Below, piece by piece: positions 13,657 through 23,451 of a stretch of 64,000 bases of DNA. Within the stretch, counting starts at the first letter, position 1. Each line of letters starts with the position of its first letter. The translations under genes were made by a program, and so were the position numbers. Source of the stretch: Clostridia bacterium (lineage in GTDB: Bacteria > Bacillota > Clostridia > CAKSNL01 > HGM11501). The notes below the pieces were generated by a model that had not been told where the DNA came from, searched no databases, and saw only the letters and a program-made list of their open reading frames with translations. The stretch spans positions 32,001-96,000 of the forward strand of contig JAZQAZ010000047.1 in NCBI GenBank assembly GCA_045545475.1, written 5' to 3'.

Positions 13657-14466
13657 ATGCATTATGATAATGAACCGCTTTTCAGGATAAGAAGAGATAA
13701 AGGCGTATACAGAATGCCTGAGCCGCATTTTCATGCTTACCACGAGCTGTATTTTTTAATCAGCGGAAAAACAAAATATTTTGTAAACGGCGAAATATTT
13801 ATGCTTTCGCCGGGGGATCTTATTTTTATTCCGAAGGGTGATTTTCATCAGACAAATTATCCTGATCCCGATAACATTGAACGTGTAACGATAGTTTTTA
13901 ATGATGAATTTTCGGGGGAGCAGTTTAAGTCTTATGTCGATATACTTTCCGCACACAAATATTTCAGAATCCCGAAAGACCGTATAAATTTATTTCACGG
14001 TCTTATAAGACAGATAGAAGCTGAAGAGTCAAATAAAGAGAAGGATTATATTAATATGGAAAAATTCTATCTCGGTCAGCTTTTAATTATGATTTTAAGA
14101 TACAGAGAAAAAGAGCAGACTGTAAAATTAAGCTATTCCTGTCAATTGGCACAGGATGCCGCAAAATATATAAATGCAAATTATAATAAGGAACTTACAT
14201 TGGAGTCTATGGCTGAAAAATATTCTGTAAATGCCGACTATTTTTCGAAAATTTTCAAAAAAGCAACCGGCGTGGGATTTTCAAAATATTTAAATGCAAC
14301 CCGTTTATCTGCGGCACAGGAGATGCTTGCAACAACAACTGCGAGCATAACGGATGTTGCGCTTGAATGCGGATTCAATGACAGCAACTATTTCATTCAG
14401 GTGTTTAAGAAAGTTCACGGTATGACACCGAAAAAATATTCGATGCAGTTTCGCCTAAAAAAATAA
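13657..14466 (+). CDS. AraC-family transcriptional regulator (cupin + HTH), divergent from GH2
   Basis: HFHAYHELY cupin; C-terminal ITDVALECGFNDSNYFIQVFKKVHGMTPKKY. Confidence 0.92.
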   Translation: MHYDNEPLFRIRRDKGVYRMPEPHFHAYHELYFLISGKTKYFVNGEIFMLSPGDLIFIPKGDFHQTNYPDPDNIERVTIVFNDEFSGEQFKSYVDILSAHKYFRIPKDRINLFHGLIRQIEAEESNKEKDYINMEKFYLGQLLIMILRYREKEQTVKLSYSCQLAQDAAKYINANYNKELTLESMAEKYSVNADYFSKIFKKATGVGFSKYLNATRLSAAQEMLATTTASITDVALECGFNDSNYFIQVFKKVHGMTPKKYSMQFRLKK

Positions 14467-14483
14467 ATTGCTAAATTTTACAT

Positions 14484-14513
14484 GATTAAAAAAGCCTCCT
14501 TTCGCACAAATTA
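14484..14513 (+). promoter_or_regulatory. Possible sigmaG (forespore) promoter of the SASP gene
   Basis: GATTA-18 bp-CAAATTA compared with the sigmaG consensus GHATR-18-CAHWHTA (one mismatch). Position fits. Confidence 0.35.
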
Positions 14514-14544
14514 TTACTGTACAACGAAGCAGGAGGTGAAAAAC

Positions 14545-14736
14545 ATGACAAGAAATAAGAAGCTTGTACCTGAAGCAAAGGCTGCTCTTGATAAGTTCAA
14601 GATGGAATGTGCTTCTGAGGTTGGCGTAAACCTTAAGAACGGTTACAACGGCGATCTTACCGCTAAGGAAAACGGCAGCGTAGGCGGACAGATGGTTAAG
14701 AAGATGATTAAGTCCTACGAAGAAAACATGAAATAA
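14545..14736 (+). CDS. Alpha/beta-type small acid-soluble spore protein
   Basis: MTRNKKLVPEAKAALDKFKMECASEVGVNLKNGYNGDLTAKENGSVGGQMVKKMI; RBS AGGAGGTG. Confidence 0.95.
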   Translation: MTRNKKLVPEAKAALDKFKMECASEVGVNLKNGYNGDLTAKENGSVGGQMVKKMIKSYEENMK

Positions 14737-14765
14737 GAATCTTCGTAAAATTTTTCATGAAAAAT

Positions 14766-14797
14766 AAACGGTTGCGAAAGCAACCGTTTGTTTTTTG
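14766..14797 (+). terminator. Intrinsic terminator after SASP gene
   Basis: AAACGGTTGC-GAAA-GCAACCGTTT followed by a T tract. Confidence 0.8.
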
Positions 14798-14860
14798 TTG
14801 ACGAAAGGTTATCTGAGTGGTAAAATAAAAAAAGAATATAACTCCTGTGGAGGTGGCACT

Positions 14861-16378
14861 ATGTATGATTTAATTATAAAAAACGGAAATATAGCAGACG
14901 GAAGCGGAAAGGCATCTTATGTAAGTGATATAGCAATATCGGATGGTGTGATAGTCTGCATTTCAGAAAATATAAAAGGCGAAAGCAAAGAGGCAATCGA
15001 CGCATCTGGACTTACCGTAACACCGGGATTTATCGATTCTCACAGCCATTCGGATTATGCGGTTTTTGATTATCCCGATATGATTGAAAAAGTTGAGCAG
15101 GGAATAACCACATCAATCGGCGGTCAGTGCGGAATGACTTTAGCTCCGAACGGAGTAAAGGGCGACAAACTTGAAACTTTCGGCACTATGGTAAACGCCG
15201 CAAAGGATATTCCTCTTGGCTCAAACCTTAAAAACTTTGTGGGACACAGTGCTTTAAGAATAACTGCCATGGGATATGAAAACAGAAGACCGACATCCTC
15301 CGAGCTTGAAACAATGAAGGTATATTTAAGAGAGGCTATGGAAAACGGAGCATTGGGACTTTCCTACGGCCTTATCTATACGCCGAGCTGTTATGCCGAA
15401 ACCGATGAGCTTATTTCTCTTGCTAAGGTAGTAAAAGAATATGACGGACTCCTTAGTGCCCATATAAGAAACGAGGGCTTTGAATTTATAGAGGCGGTGG
15501 AAGAATTTTTAACCGTAATTAAAGAAACAGGCGTAAAGGCGGTATTTTCCCACCACAAGAGTATGTATAAGCCTAACTGGGGTAAGGTTAATAAGTCCCT
15601 TGAAATGATTAAGGCTGCTACCCGGGAAGGCTATGACATATACATGGATGTTTATCCCTATGAGGCATCAAGCACAAGCCTTGCGGCAACGGTAATTGCC
15701 AAAGAATTCCGTGCACTTGACAATAAGGGTATTGCAAAAATGCTCAAGGACAAAGTTATGCAGGACAGAATAAAAGATGCATATATAAAAAGAAACGGTG
15801 ACAGTCTTTCAAATCTTTTGCTTGTTGAATGTCCCGCTTTTTCGGAATATGAAGGAATGAGAATTGACGAAATAGCAAAGCTTTTGGGAAAAGATGACTT
15901 TGAAGCTGCTTTTGATATTTTAATCGGCTCAAATGCCAATGCCAATATTTGCAATTTTAGTATGAGCGAAGATGATATTGAAACGGTGCTTAAATATGAA
16001 AGAGCTATGATATGCACTGACTCTTCCGTGGCAAAGGATGCTAAAACCTATCACCCGAGATTAAAGGCATCCTTTCCGAGATTTTTTGGGAAATACGTCA
16101 GAGAGCGACGGGTTGTTACTCTTGAAGAAGCGGTGAGAAAATGCACTTTTATGCCTGCTTTGGTTTACGGACTTGAAAATAAGGGTAAAATTGAAGCAGG
16201 GTTTGATGCAGATATATGTATTTTCGATGCGGAAAAAATTATTGATAAATCAAGTTATGTAAACTGCACCCAGCGATGCGAGGGACTCAAGTTTGTAATC
16301 ATAGGCGGAGAAGTTGTGGCAGAAAATGCAGTTTATAACGGAAAGAAAAGGGGACGCTTTATTCTTCATAAAAGATAA
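14861..16378 (+). CDS. N-acyl-D-amino-acid deacylase (D-aminoacylase) family amidohydrolase
   Basis: TPGFIDSHSH, GQCG, HIRNE, SHHK, DVYPY and HPR...FPRFFG motifs; start after GGAGG. Confidence 0.88.
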   Translation: MYDLIIKNGNIADGSGKASYVSDIAISDGVIVCISENIKGESKEAIDASGLTVTPGFIDSHSHSDYAVFDYPDMIEKVEQGITTSIGGQCGMTLAPNGVKGDKLETFGTMVNAAKDIPLGSNLKNFVGHSALRITAMGYENRRPTSSELETMKVYLREAMENGALGLSYGLIYTPSCYAETDELISLAKVVKEYDGLLSAHIRNEGFEFIEAVEEFLTVIKETGVKAVFSHHKSMYKPNWGKVNKSLEMIKAATREGYDIYMDVYPYEASSTSLAATVIAKEFRALDNKGIAKMLKDKVMQDRIKDAYIKRNGDSLSNLLLVECPAFSEYEGMRIDEIAKLLGKDDFEAAFDILIGSNANANICNFSMSEDDIETVLKYERAMICTDSSVAKDAKTYHPRLKASFPRFFGKYVRERRVVTLEEAVRKCTFMPALVYGLENKGKIEAGFDADICIFDAEKIIDKSSYVNCTQRCEGLKFVIIGGEVVAENAVYNGKKRGRFILHKR

Positions 16379-16415
16379 TAAAAAGCTCTCAAGGCAACGC
16401 CTTGAGAGCTTTTTA
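16379..16415. terminator. Bidirectional terminator
   Basis: AAAAGCTCTCAAGGC-AAC-GCCTTGAGAGCTTTT between convergent genes. Confidence 0.8.
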
Positions 16416-17195
16416 TTATTTCAAGTAGTCCTTTAAGAAGTTTACGCTTGATTCCAAGCTTCTTAAAGCGTTTCCGCCTGCAAAGTTTGCATCCTGCTCA
16501 ATGATATAGTGAGAAACTCCTATTTCCTCGGCGGTCTTTAATATTCCTTCCCAGTAAAGGGTACCGTTTCCGACTTCGGTCATTGTGGCAAGAAACTTTC
16601 CGCCTTCGTTTCTGAGCATCATATCCTTTAAGTGGAGAATGTCGATTCTTCCGGCAAGTTTTTCCATCCAGTGACGGACATCGCCGCCGCCTGCCGCAAC
16701 CCAGCAGGTATCAAGCACGAAGCTTGTTGTCTCGGGATCAAGCCCTTCGTAGAGGTAGTCCATTAAAGTTCTTGTGCCGTCAATTCTCAGAAATTCAAAA
16801 TGATGGTTGTGATATGTAAGTTTATAGCCGTCCTTAGCATATTCTTTTGCAGCTGTGTTAAATTCCTTTATGAAGGAAAGTAAGTTTTCCTTGTTTTCCC
16901 TTGCAGGACCGGGCATTGCACCGATACCGATGTTTTTAGTACCCCAAAAATCATGAATCTTTTTTGTTTCTTCGGGGTTATTCAAAATTGCATTATAGTC
17001 ATAATGGCTTCCTATTACCTGCATATCATATTTTTTGCAGAGATTTCCCAGCAGTTCATAGGAGAAGGGCATGCCTGCTGTATGAAGCTCTTTTATTCCC
17101 ATTTCGTGAAGCTTTTTGAATGTGAGGTCAACATAGTCGTCACCCATAAAGAAATCTCTTACGGTGTATAACTGTAAACCGAGCTTTGTAAACAT
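16416..17195 (-). CDS. Sugar phosphate isomerase/epimerase (xylose-isomerase-like TIM barrel)
   Basis: GLQLYTVRD, YHNHHFEF, LDTCW, HLKD and IEQD motifs; start ATG 17195 after AGGAG. Confidence 0.88.
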   Translation of the reverse strand: MFTKLGLQLYTVRDFFMGDDYVDLTFKKLHEMGIKELHTAGMPFSYELLGNLCKKYDMQVIGSHYDYNAILNNPEETKKIHDFWGTKNIGIGAMPGPARENKENLLSFIKEFNTAAKEYAKDGYKLTYHNHHFEFLRIDGTRTLMDYLYEGLDPETTSFVLDTCWVAAGGGDVRHWMEKLAGRIDILHLKDMMLRNEGGKFLATMTEVGNGTLYWEGILKTAEEIGVSHYIIEQDANFAGGNALRSLESSVNFLKDYLK

Positions 17196-17334
17196 ATAAT
17201 CACTCCTTTTTAATGCTGTTTTAATTATAAAGCCTTTTTTTAGATTTTGCAAGATATTAATTTGCATATTGAATTTTTTTTGTTTTGGTTATATAATAAT
17301 ATAGATATATTATAATGAAAGAAGTTGGTTATTT

Positions 17335-18138
17335 ATGGCATTTAATCCTCCATGGAGAAATACATTCCCTCCACATAAAATTTTCGGCAACTTATATTTC
17401 TGCGGATCAAGAATTGCATCAAGCCACGTTGTTGATACGGGCGAGGGGCTTATTATGTTTGATACAGGTTACGGCTTTTGTTTATATCAGTTAATTGACG
17501 GGATGTACCGCCTGGGGCTTAATCCGTACGATATTAAATATATTTTCCACACTCACGGACATATCGACCATTTCGGAGGAACAAAAGCCCTGGTTGAAAT
17601 GTCGGGTGCAAAAACCGTAATCGGAGCAAAAGATGCTGATGCGGCAACGGGTGCACGTGACCTTTCCTATGCAAGAGAGCTGGATATGGAATATAACGAA
17701 AAGTTTACTCCCGATATTTTACTTAATGATGGTGATGAAATAACTCTTGGTAATACAACGGTAAAGGCAATGGCAACTCCCGGTCATACGGAGGGAGCAA
17801 TGAGCTATTTCTTTAATGTGACAGACGGGGTTGAAACTTACCGTGCAGGTCTTCAGGGCGGTATGGGAATGAACACATTGAGAAAAGAATATCTTGAAAA
17901 ATTCGGAATTCCTCTTTCAATCCGCGAGGATTATATAAAGGGAATGGACAGAATAAAGGCAGAACACGTTGACCTTCATATAGGTAATCATATGGGCGAT
18001 AATCACGCTCCCGAAAAATATGAAAAGCTTATGGCGGGAGACAAATATGCATTCATAAATCCTGATGACTGGGCAATTTCAATGGAAGAAGGCAAAAAAC
18101 GATTATACGATTTAATTGAAAAGGAAGAAGCAAAATGA
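17335..18138 (+). CDS. Metallo-beta-lactamase-fold hydrolase, subclass B3-like, without signal peptide
   Basis: PHKIFGNLYFCG N-terminus, THGHIDH (HxHxDH), TPGHTEG and IGNH. Confidence 0.8.
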   Translation: MAFNPPWRNTFPPHKIFGNLYFCGSRIASSHVVDTGEGLIMFDTGYGFCLYQLIDGMYRLGLNPYDIKYIFHTHGHIDHFGGTKALVEMSGAKTVIGAKDADAATGARDLSYARELDMEYNEKFTPDILLNDGDEITLGNTTVKAMATPGHTEGAMSYFFNVTDGVETYRAGLQGGMGMNTLRKEYLEKFGIPLSIREDYIKGMDRIKAEHVDLHIGNHMGDNHAPEKYEKLMAGDKYAFINPDDWAISMEEGKKRLYDLIEKEEAK

Positions 18139-19484
18139 CATATTCTGAATATTTATTAAAAATAAAGGATAAAAACGTCGGTTTTCTCGGCATAGGCAGA
18201 AGCAATATGCCCCTTATAAGAATGCTTGTAAAGGAAGGTGTTTCCGTAACCGTACGTGACGGAAAGGAGTCCGGAAGCTTTGGCGATATGGAAAATGAGC
18301 TTTTAAGTCTCGGTGTTAACGTGATAACCGGCGAGGACTATCTTAAAAACCTTGCCGTTCATGATGTAATTTACAAGACTCCCGGTATAAGAGGAGATAA
18401 ACCCGAAATTCTGGAAGCCGTTTCCCTCGGCACTATTCTTACAAGCGAAATGGAACTTTTCTTTGAGCTTTGCCCCTGCAAAATTTTTGCAGTAACAGGC
18501 TCTGACGGAAAGACCACCACGACTACTCTTATATATAAAATTTTGACTCAGGCGGGATACACATGTCATCTTGGAGGAAATATAGGAAGACCTTTAATCG
18601 GAGACATTGAAAAAATAAAACCGAATGATTTTGCGGTGGTGGAGCTTTCCAGTTTCCAGCTGTTTAATATGAAAAAGTCCGCAGACGTTGCGGTTATTAC
18701 AAATATTTCGGAAAATCATCTGGACTGGCACAAGGATTATGAAGAATATATTGATGCAAAGAAAAACGTATTTATTCATCAGGAAACAGATGATCTTGTG
18801 GTTTTGAATGAAGATAATTTCTACACAAGAGAAATGAAGGATGACAAGGACGGAAATGTGAAAACATTTTCTCTTACAACCGATGCAGATGTATGCCTGA
18901 AGGACGGATTTATTTATTCCGACGGCATCAGGATAATGAAAGCATCGGATATTAAAATCCCCGGTATTCATAATGTGGCAAACTATATGGCGGCAATTGC
19001 AGCAACCCATTTTTATGTTTCTCCCGAAGATATTGTGAATGTGGCGACGACCTTTGGCGGAGTGATGCACAGAAATGAGCTTGTTCGTGAAGTGGAAGGT
19101 GTTTCCTATTACAACGATTCTATTGCATCAAGTCCCACCAGAGCAATGGCGACATTGTCCTCCTTCGATGAAAAGGTAATTCTTATTGCCGGTGGCCGCA
19201 ATAAAGGGCTTAATTACCAGCCACTTGGCCCTGTGATTGCTGAAAAAGTCAAGCACCTTGTTTTGGTTGGAGAAACCAGCGATGATATAGAGGCGGCGGC
19301 AAAAAATGCAGGATTTTATTCAATCGAAAAAACTACAGATTTTGCTGAAGCTGTTATGATGGCAAAGAGAGCGGCAAAGCCGGGGGACAAGGTGGTGCTT
19401 TCGCCTGCGTCCACGAGCTTTGATAAGTTCCGTGATTTTGAAGAGCGCGGAAATACTTTCAAGGAAATAGTTAATTCGCTTTGA
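18135..19484 (+). CDS. murD: UDP-N-acetylmuramoyl-L-alanine--D-glutamate ligase
   Basis: AVTGSDGKTTT, LGGNIG, VELSSFQL, NHLDWH, YNDS and LSPASTSFD motifs. Confidence 0.95.
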   Translation: MTYSEYLLKIKDKNVGFLGIGRSNMPLIRMLVKEGVSVTVRDGKESGSFGDMENELLSLGVNVITGEDYLKNLAVHDVIYKTPGIRGDKPEILEAVSLGTILTSEMELFFELCPCKIFAVTGSDGKTTTTTLIYKILTQAGYTCHLGGNIGRPLIGDIEKIKPNDFAVVELSSFQLFNMKKSADVAVITNISENHLDWHKDYEEYIDAKKNVFIHQETDDLVVLNEDNFYTREMKDDKDGNVKTFSLTTDADVCLKDGFIYSDGIRIMKASDIKIPGIHNVANYMAAIAATHFYVSPEDIVNVATTFGGVMHRNELVREVEGVSYYNDSIASSPTRAMATLSSFDEKVILIAGGRNKGLNYQPLGPVIAEKVKHLVLVGETSDDIEAAAKNAGFYSIEKTTDFAEAVMMAKRAAKPGDKVVLSPASTSFDKFRDFEERGNTFKEIVNSL

Positions 19485-19493
19485 GGTGAGAAA

Positions 19494-20498
19494 ATGGATT
19501 TGCTCAGAAAGCTTACAAGTGTCCGAGGCGTATCGGGGCATGAAAGTGCGGCAGGAGAGGTGTTTAAAGAGCTTTTATCTAAATACACCAAAGATATAAA
19601 AACCGATGCTTTGGGAAATATAACAGGAAAAATCTCCTCCGGAATTAAAAACGCAAAAAAACTTTTAATAGAGGCTCACATTGACGAACTGGGACTTATG
19701 ATAACAGGGGTAGAAGAACGCGGATTTTTGACCTTTACACCCATCGGAGGAACAGATATGAAAATTCTTCCGGGATGTGAGGTTACCGTTCACGGGAAAA
19801 AGGATATTTACGGCGTTATTGGTGCAAAGCCTCCACATCTTATAAAAGACGGAGAAGATAAGGGGCTTAACATAGATATTATGGCAATTGATACTGGGAT
19901 TTTCGACATAAAGGATTTTGTTTCCGTGGGGGATATTGCAACCTATAATGCAGGGTTTACACCTCTTTCCGGAGACTATGCGGCAGACCGTGCATTTGAC
20001 GACAGAGCGGGACTTGCTGTGTTGCTTAAGGCGTTGTCGATGATTGAAAAGCCTAAAATGGATGTATATGTGTCAGCTACTGTGGGAGAGGAACTTGGAA
20101 CACGTGGGGCAAGGTGTGTCGCATGGAATGTGAATCCCGATTATTCAATTTCTGTGGATGTAACGTTCGGAACTTCCGAAGGAAGCAGCGAGCAGAGCTT
20201 TGAGCTTTCAAAAGGACCTACGATTTGCATCAGTCCCAGCTTGTCCTTGGATTTTACGAAACAGCTTATGAAGCTTGCAGGGGAAAAGGAAATTTTATAT
20301 CAGACAGAAACCGAAGGGGGAAATACCGGCACTAACGCCTGGGCGGTGGCAAAAAATGCCGATAACTGCCGATGTGCCTTGGTCTCTATACCCATAAGAT
20401 ATATGCACTCGACCTGTGAAGTGATAAATATAAAGGACATAGAAAGTGCTGCAAAATTAATTGCTGCATTCTGCGAGGAGGGCGAGCTTGATGCTTAA
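19494..20498 (+). CDS. M42-family (TET/FrvX) aminopeptidase, paralog 1
   Basis: AHIDE, FDDRAG, GEELG, VDVT and RYMHS metal-ligand motifs. Confidence 0.9.
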   Translation: MDLLRKLTSVRGVSGHESAAGEVFKELLSKYTKDIKTDALGNITGKISSGIKNAKKLLIEAHIDELGLMITGVEERGFLTFTPIGGTDMKILPGCEVTVHGKKDIYGVIGAKPPHLIKDGEDKGLNIDIMAIDTGIFDIKDFVSVGDIATYNAGFTPLSGDYAADRAFDDRAGLAVLLKALSMIEKPKMDVYVSATVGEELGTRGARCVAWNVNPDYSISVDVTFGTSEGSSEQSFELSKGPTICISPSLSLDFTKQLMKLAGEKEILYQTETEGGNTGTNAWAVAKNADNCRCALVSIPIRYMHSTCEVINIKDIESAAKLIAAFCEEGELDA

Positions 20499-21498
20499 AT
20501 TACTTACTGAAACAGACGGAGTATCAGGTTTCTGCTCGCCCATCAGAAAAGTGATACTGGACAACATTCCTGCAGGCGAAGTAACGGTTGATGCCCTGGG
20601 TAACATCATCGTATATAAAAAAGGAAAGTCTCAGGGAAAAAAGGTAATGTACTGTGCCCATATGGATGAGGTGGGCTTTATGGTTACCGGTATAACTGAT
20701 AAAGGATATATAAAATTCACAAGCTGCGGAGGAATCGACCCGCGTGTTATTGTTTCAAAGCGTGTGAGAATTGGTGAAAACAAGATTCCCGGCGTTATTG
20801 CGACAAAGGCTGTGCATTTGCAAAATGCCGATGAACGAAAAAAAGCAGCTGAAGAGAAAGGCCTTTCTGTAGATATTGGAGCATCCGATAAAGAGGAGGC
20901 AGAAAAGCTTGTGGCAATAGGAGACTATATTGCCTTTGATACAGACTTTTCGTACTTTGGCGATGACTCTATGAAGGGCAAGGCGTTGGATGACAGAGTC
21001 GGATGTGCCTGCCTTCTTAAAATGCTGGAAAAAGACTATCCTTATGATTTTTACGGCGTTTTTTCCACCTGCGAGGAAATAGGCGGAATCGGTGCAAGAG
21101 CGGCGGCTTCAAAAATAAGGCCGGATATGGCACTTGTTCTGGAAGGGACAACGGCATCAGATGTTTACGGATGCGAGGAAAGGGATTTTGTTACAAAACT
21201 CGGAAACGGCGTATGTATCCCTGTTCGTGACAGAAGCATGATAGCGAATCGCAAAATGGTGGAATTTTTGAAAAAATGTGCCTTTGAAGCAAATGTGAAA
21301 TGGCAATATAAATATGCGGCGACAGGCGGTACAGACGGTGGAGCAATTCATATAACCGGAGAAGGCATACCAACAGCGATATTGGCACTTCCATGCCGAT
21401 ATATTCATTCACCGGTCAGTGTGGCAAGCGTCAGCGACTACGAGGCGATGGTGAAACTTTCCGTAACTTTTGCGGAGAGAGCAATGGAAATATTATAA
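20491..21498 (+). CDS. M42-family aminopeptidase, paralog 2
   Basis: AHMDE, LDDRVG, CEEIG, LEGT and RYIHS; ATG 20491 after GAGGAGG overlaps the upstream stop. Confidence 0.9.
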   Translation: MLKLLTETDGVSGFCSPIRKVILDNIPAGEVTVDALGNIIVYKKGKSQGKKVMYCAHMDEVGFMVTGITDKGYIKFTSCGGIDPRVIVSKRVRIGENKIPGVIATKAVHLQNADERKKAAEEKGLSVDIGASDKEEAEKLVAIGDYIAFDTDFSYFGDDSMKGKALDDRVGCACLLKMLEKDYPYDFYGVFSTCEEIGGIGARAAASKIRPDMALVLEGTTASDVYGCEERDFVTKLGNGVCIPVRDRSMIANRKMVEFLKKCAFEANVKWQYKYAATGGTDGGAIHITGEGIPTAILALPCRYIHSPVSVASVSDYEAMVKLSVTFAERAMEIL

Positions 21499-21513
21499 TG
21501 GGAGGAACTTTTT

Positions 21514-22488
21514 ATGGAGCTACTTAAAAAACTTTGCGAAGCCTTTGGCCCTTCGGGATGCGAAACTGAAATTTCGGCCGTTATCGAAGAGGAGATGAGG
21601 CCTTATGCAGACGAAATATATTCTGATAACTTAGGAAACCTTATTTGCCATAAAAAGGGCACCGGTAAAAAGATAATGTATGCCGCTCATATGGACGAAA
21701 TAGGACTTATGGTCACGTTTATTGAAAAGACCGGTTACCTTCGCTGTGCACAAATCGGATACCTTCCGCCACATCTTTCGCTAAACCGTTTTGTAAAGTT
21801 TGAAAACGGCACTGTTGGAGTTGTGGCATATGAAAAGGAACATGAGGCAAATCTCCGTCAGGAAAAAGTGTTTATAGATATCGGAGCGAAGTCAAGAGAA
21901 GAAGCAGAAGAAAAGGTTTCTGTGGGTGATACCTGTAGCTTAATGTCTCACTTTACCGTAATGGGTGATAAGGTTTCGTCAAAAACTCTTGATAACAGAG
22001 CGTCATGCTATGCATTAATCCGTGCGGCAAAGGAAATTAAAACAGATAATGACATTTATTATGTATTTACAACCCAGGAGGAGGTAGGCCTTCGGGGAGC
22101 CGGCCCTGCTGCATTTAAAATAGAACCAGATTATGCGATATGTATTGATGTGACAATGAATGGGGATACTCCGGAATGCAACAAAAATTCCCTGCGTCTT
22201 GGTGGTGGTACGGCAATTAAGGTTATGGATCACTCAGTAATTACGGGGATTGAAGTAAGGAATAAGTTGATTTCACTTGCTAAAGAAAATGGTATAGCCT
22301 ATCAGATGGAAGTAATAACCGGGGGAGGAACAGATGCCGGAGCGATACATACCGTAAAGGGTGGTGTATTAACGGGAGCTGTTTCGATTCCCATGAGATA
22401 CATTCATTCGGCAACGGAAATGGCTGACAAAGGCGATATCGAAAATACGGTGAAGCTTATAACGGCTTTTGCCGAAACAACACTATAA
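21514..22488 (+). CDS. M42-family aminopeptidase, paralog 3
   Basis: AHMDE, LDNR, QEEVGLRGA, IDVT, GGTDAG and RYIHS. Confidence 0.9.
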   Translation: MELLKKLCEAFGPSGCETEISAVIEEEMRPYADEIYSDNLGNLICHKKGTGKKIMYAAHMDEIGLMVTFIEKTGYLRCAQIGYLPPHLSLNRFVKFENGTVGVVAYEKEHEANLRQEKVFIDIGAKSREEAEEKVSVGDTCSLMSHFTVMGDKVSSKTLDNRASCYALIRAAKEIKTDNDIYYVFTTQEEVGLRGAGPAAFKIEPDYAICIDVTMNGDTPECNKNSLRLGGGTAIKVMDHSVITGIEVRNKLISLAKENGIAYQMEVITGGGTDAGAIHTVKGGVLTGAVSIPMRYIHSATEMADKGDIENTVKLITAFAETTL

Positions 22489-22506
22489 ACGTAAAGGAGA
22501 AATACA

Positions 22507-23388
22507 ATGGATTATGTAGCACGTGCCATTACGATGGATGGTTTTGTGAGGATATATGCGGCAAACACCACAGAGCTTGTAAATGAAGCTGCGAAAATTC
22601 ACGGATGCAGTGCAACTGCGGCAGCTGCTCTTGGAAGAACACTCACTGCAACAGCAATAATTGGTGCAATGATAAAGGATGAAGATACTTCTGTTACTGT
22701 TCAGGTAGACGGTGGAGGCTCAATTGGCAAAATATGCACGGTTACAGACGGAAGTGCTTTTGTAAGAGGGTATTGCACCAACCCCATGGCGGATCTTCCT
22801 ACAAAGGCAAACGGCCATCTTGATGTGGGCGGAATTGTGGGAACAGACGGATATCTCGGTATAATAAAGGACTATGGAATGAAGGAACCTTATGTGGGAC
22901 ATGTGGAACTTGTATCGGGAGAAATTGCCGAGGATTTTACAAAATATTTCGCAGAGAGTGAGCAGACACCCTCTGCCGTAGGTCTTGGTGTACTTGTTGA
23001 TAAAGATTTGTCAATAAAAAGTGCCGGAGGATATATAATACAGCTCCTCCCCGGTGCGACAGATGAACATATTGAGGACATCGAAAAGTCACTTAAAGCA
23101 TTCGGAAGCGTTACGGAGGCAATAGAAAAGGGAATGACCCCGGAAGAGATAGCTGAAAGTCTTATGAGTGACCACAGCATGTTTTTTTATGACAACGTGG
23201 AAACCGGATATTTTTGCCCATGCTCTGAAGAAAGAATGGAAAGAGCATTAATTGCCATAGGGAAGAAGGACCTCAAAGAAATAATAGATACCGATGGGCA
23301 TGCTGAACTTAAATGTCATTTTTGCAGACGTAACTTTGACTTTTCAAAGGAGCAGCTTCTTGAAATATTAAATAAAGCACAACAGTAA
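22507..23388 (+). CDS. hslO: Hsp33 redox-regulated chaperone
   Basis: AAAALGRTLT, SGEIAEDF..YFAESEQTPS, and the C-terminal CPC...CHFC zinc motif. Confidence 0.95.
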   Translation: MDYVARAITMDGFVRIYAANTTELVNEAAKIHGCSATAAAALGRTLTATAIIGAMIKDEDTSVTVQVDGGGSIGKICTVTDGSAFVRGYCTNPMADLPTKANGHLDVGGIVGTDGYLGIIKDYGMKEPYVGHVELVSGEIAEDFTKYFAESEQTPSAVGLGVLVDKDLSIKSAGGYIIQLLPGATDEHIEDIEKSLKAFGSVTEAIEKGMTPEEIAESLMSDHSMFFYDNVETGYFCPCSEERMERALIAIGKKDLKEIIDTDGHAELKCHFCRRNFDFSKEQLLEILNKAQQ

Positions 23389-23451
23389 TTTTTTGCCGGA
23401 TTTGACAGAAACTTGAAAAACAGGTATTATGTAAATCAAGAGGTGATTTGT

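Noticed and set aside
23410-23438. dif-like site (TATTATGTAAAT)
   Set aside because: Only a XerD-like half matches, with no XerC arm, and gene orientation does not switch here.
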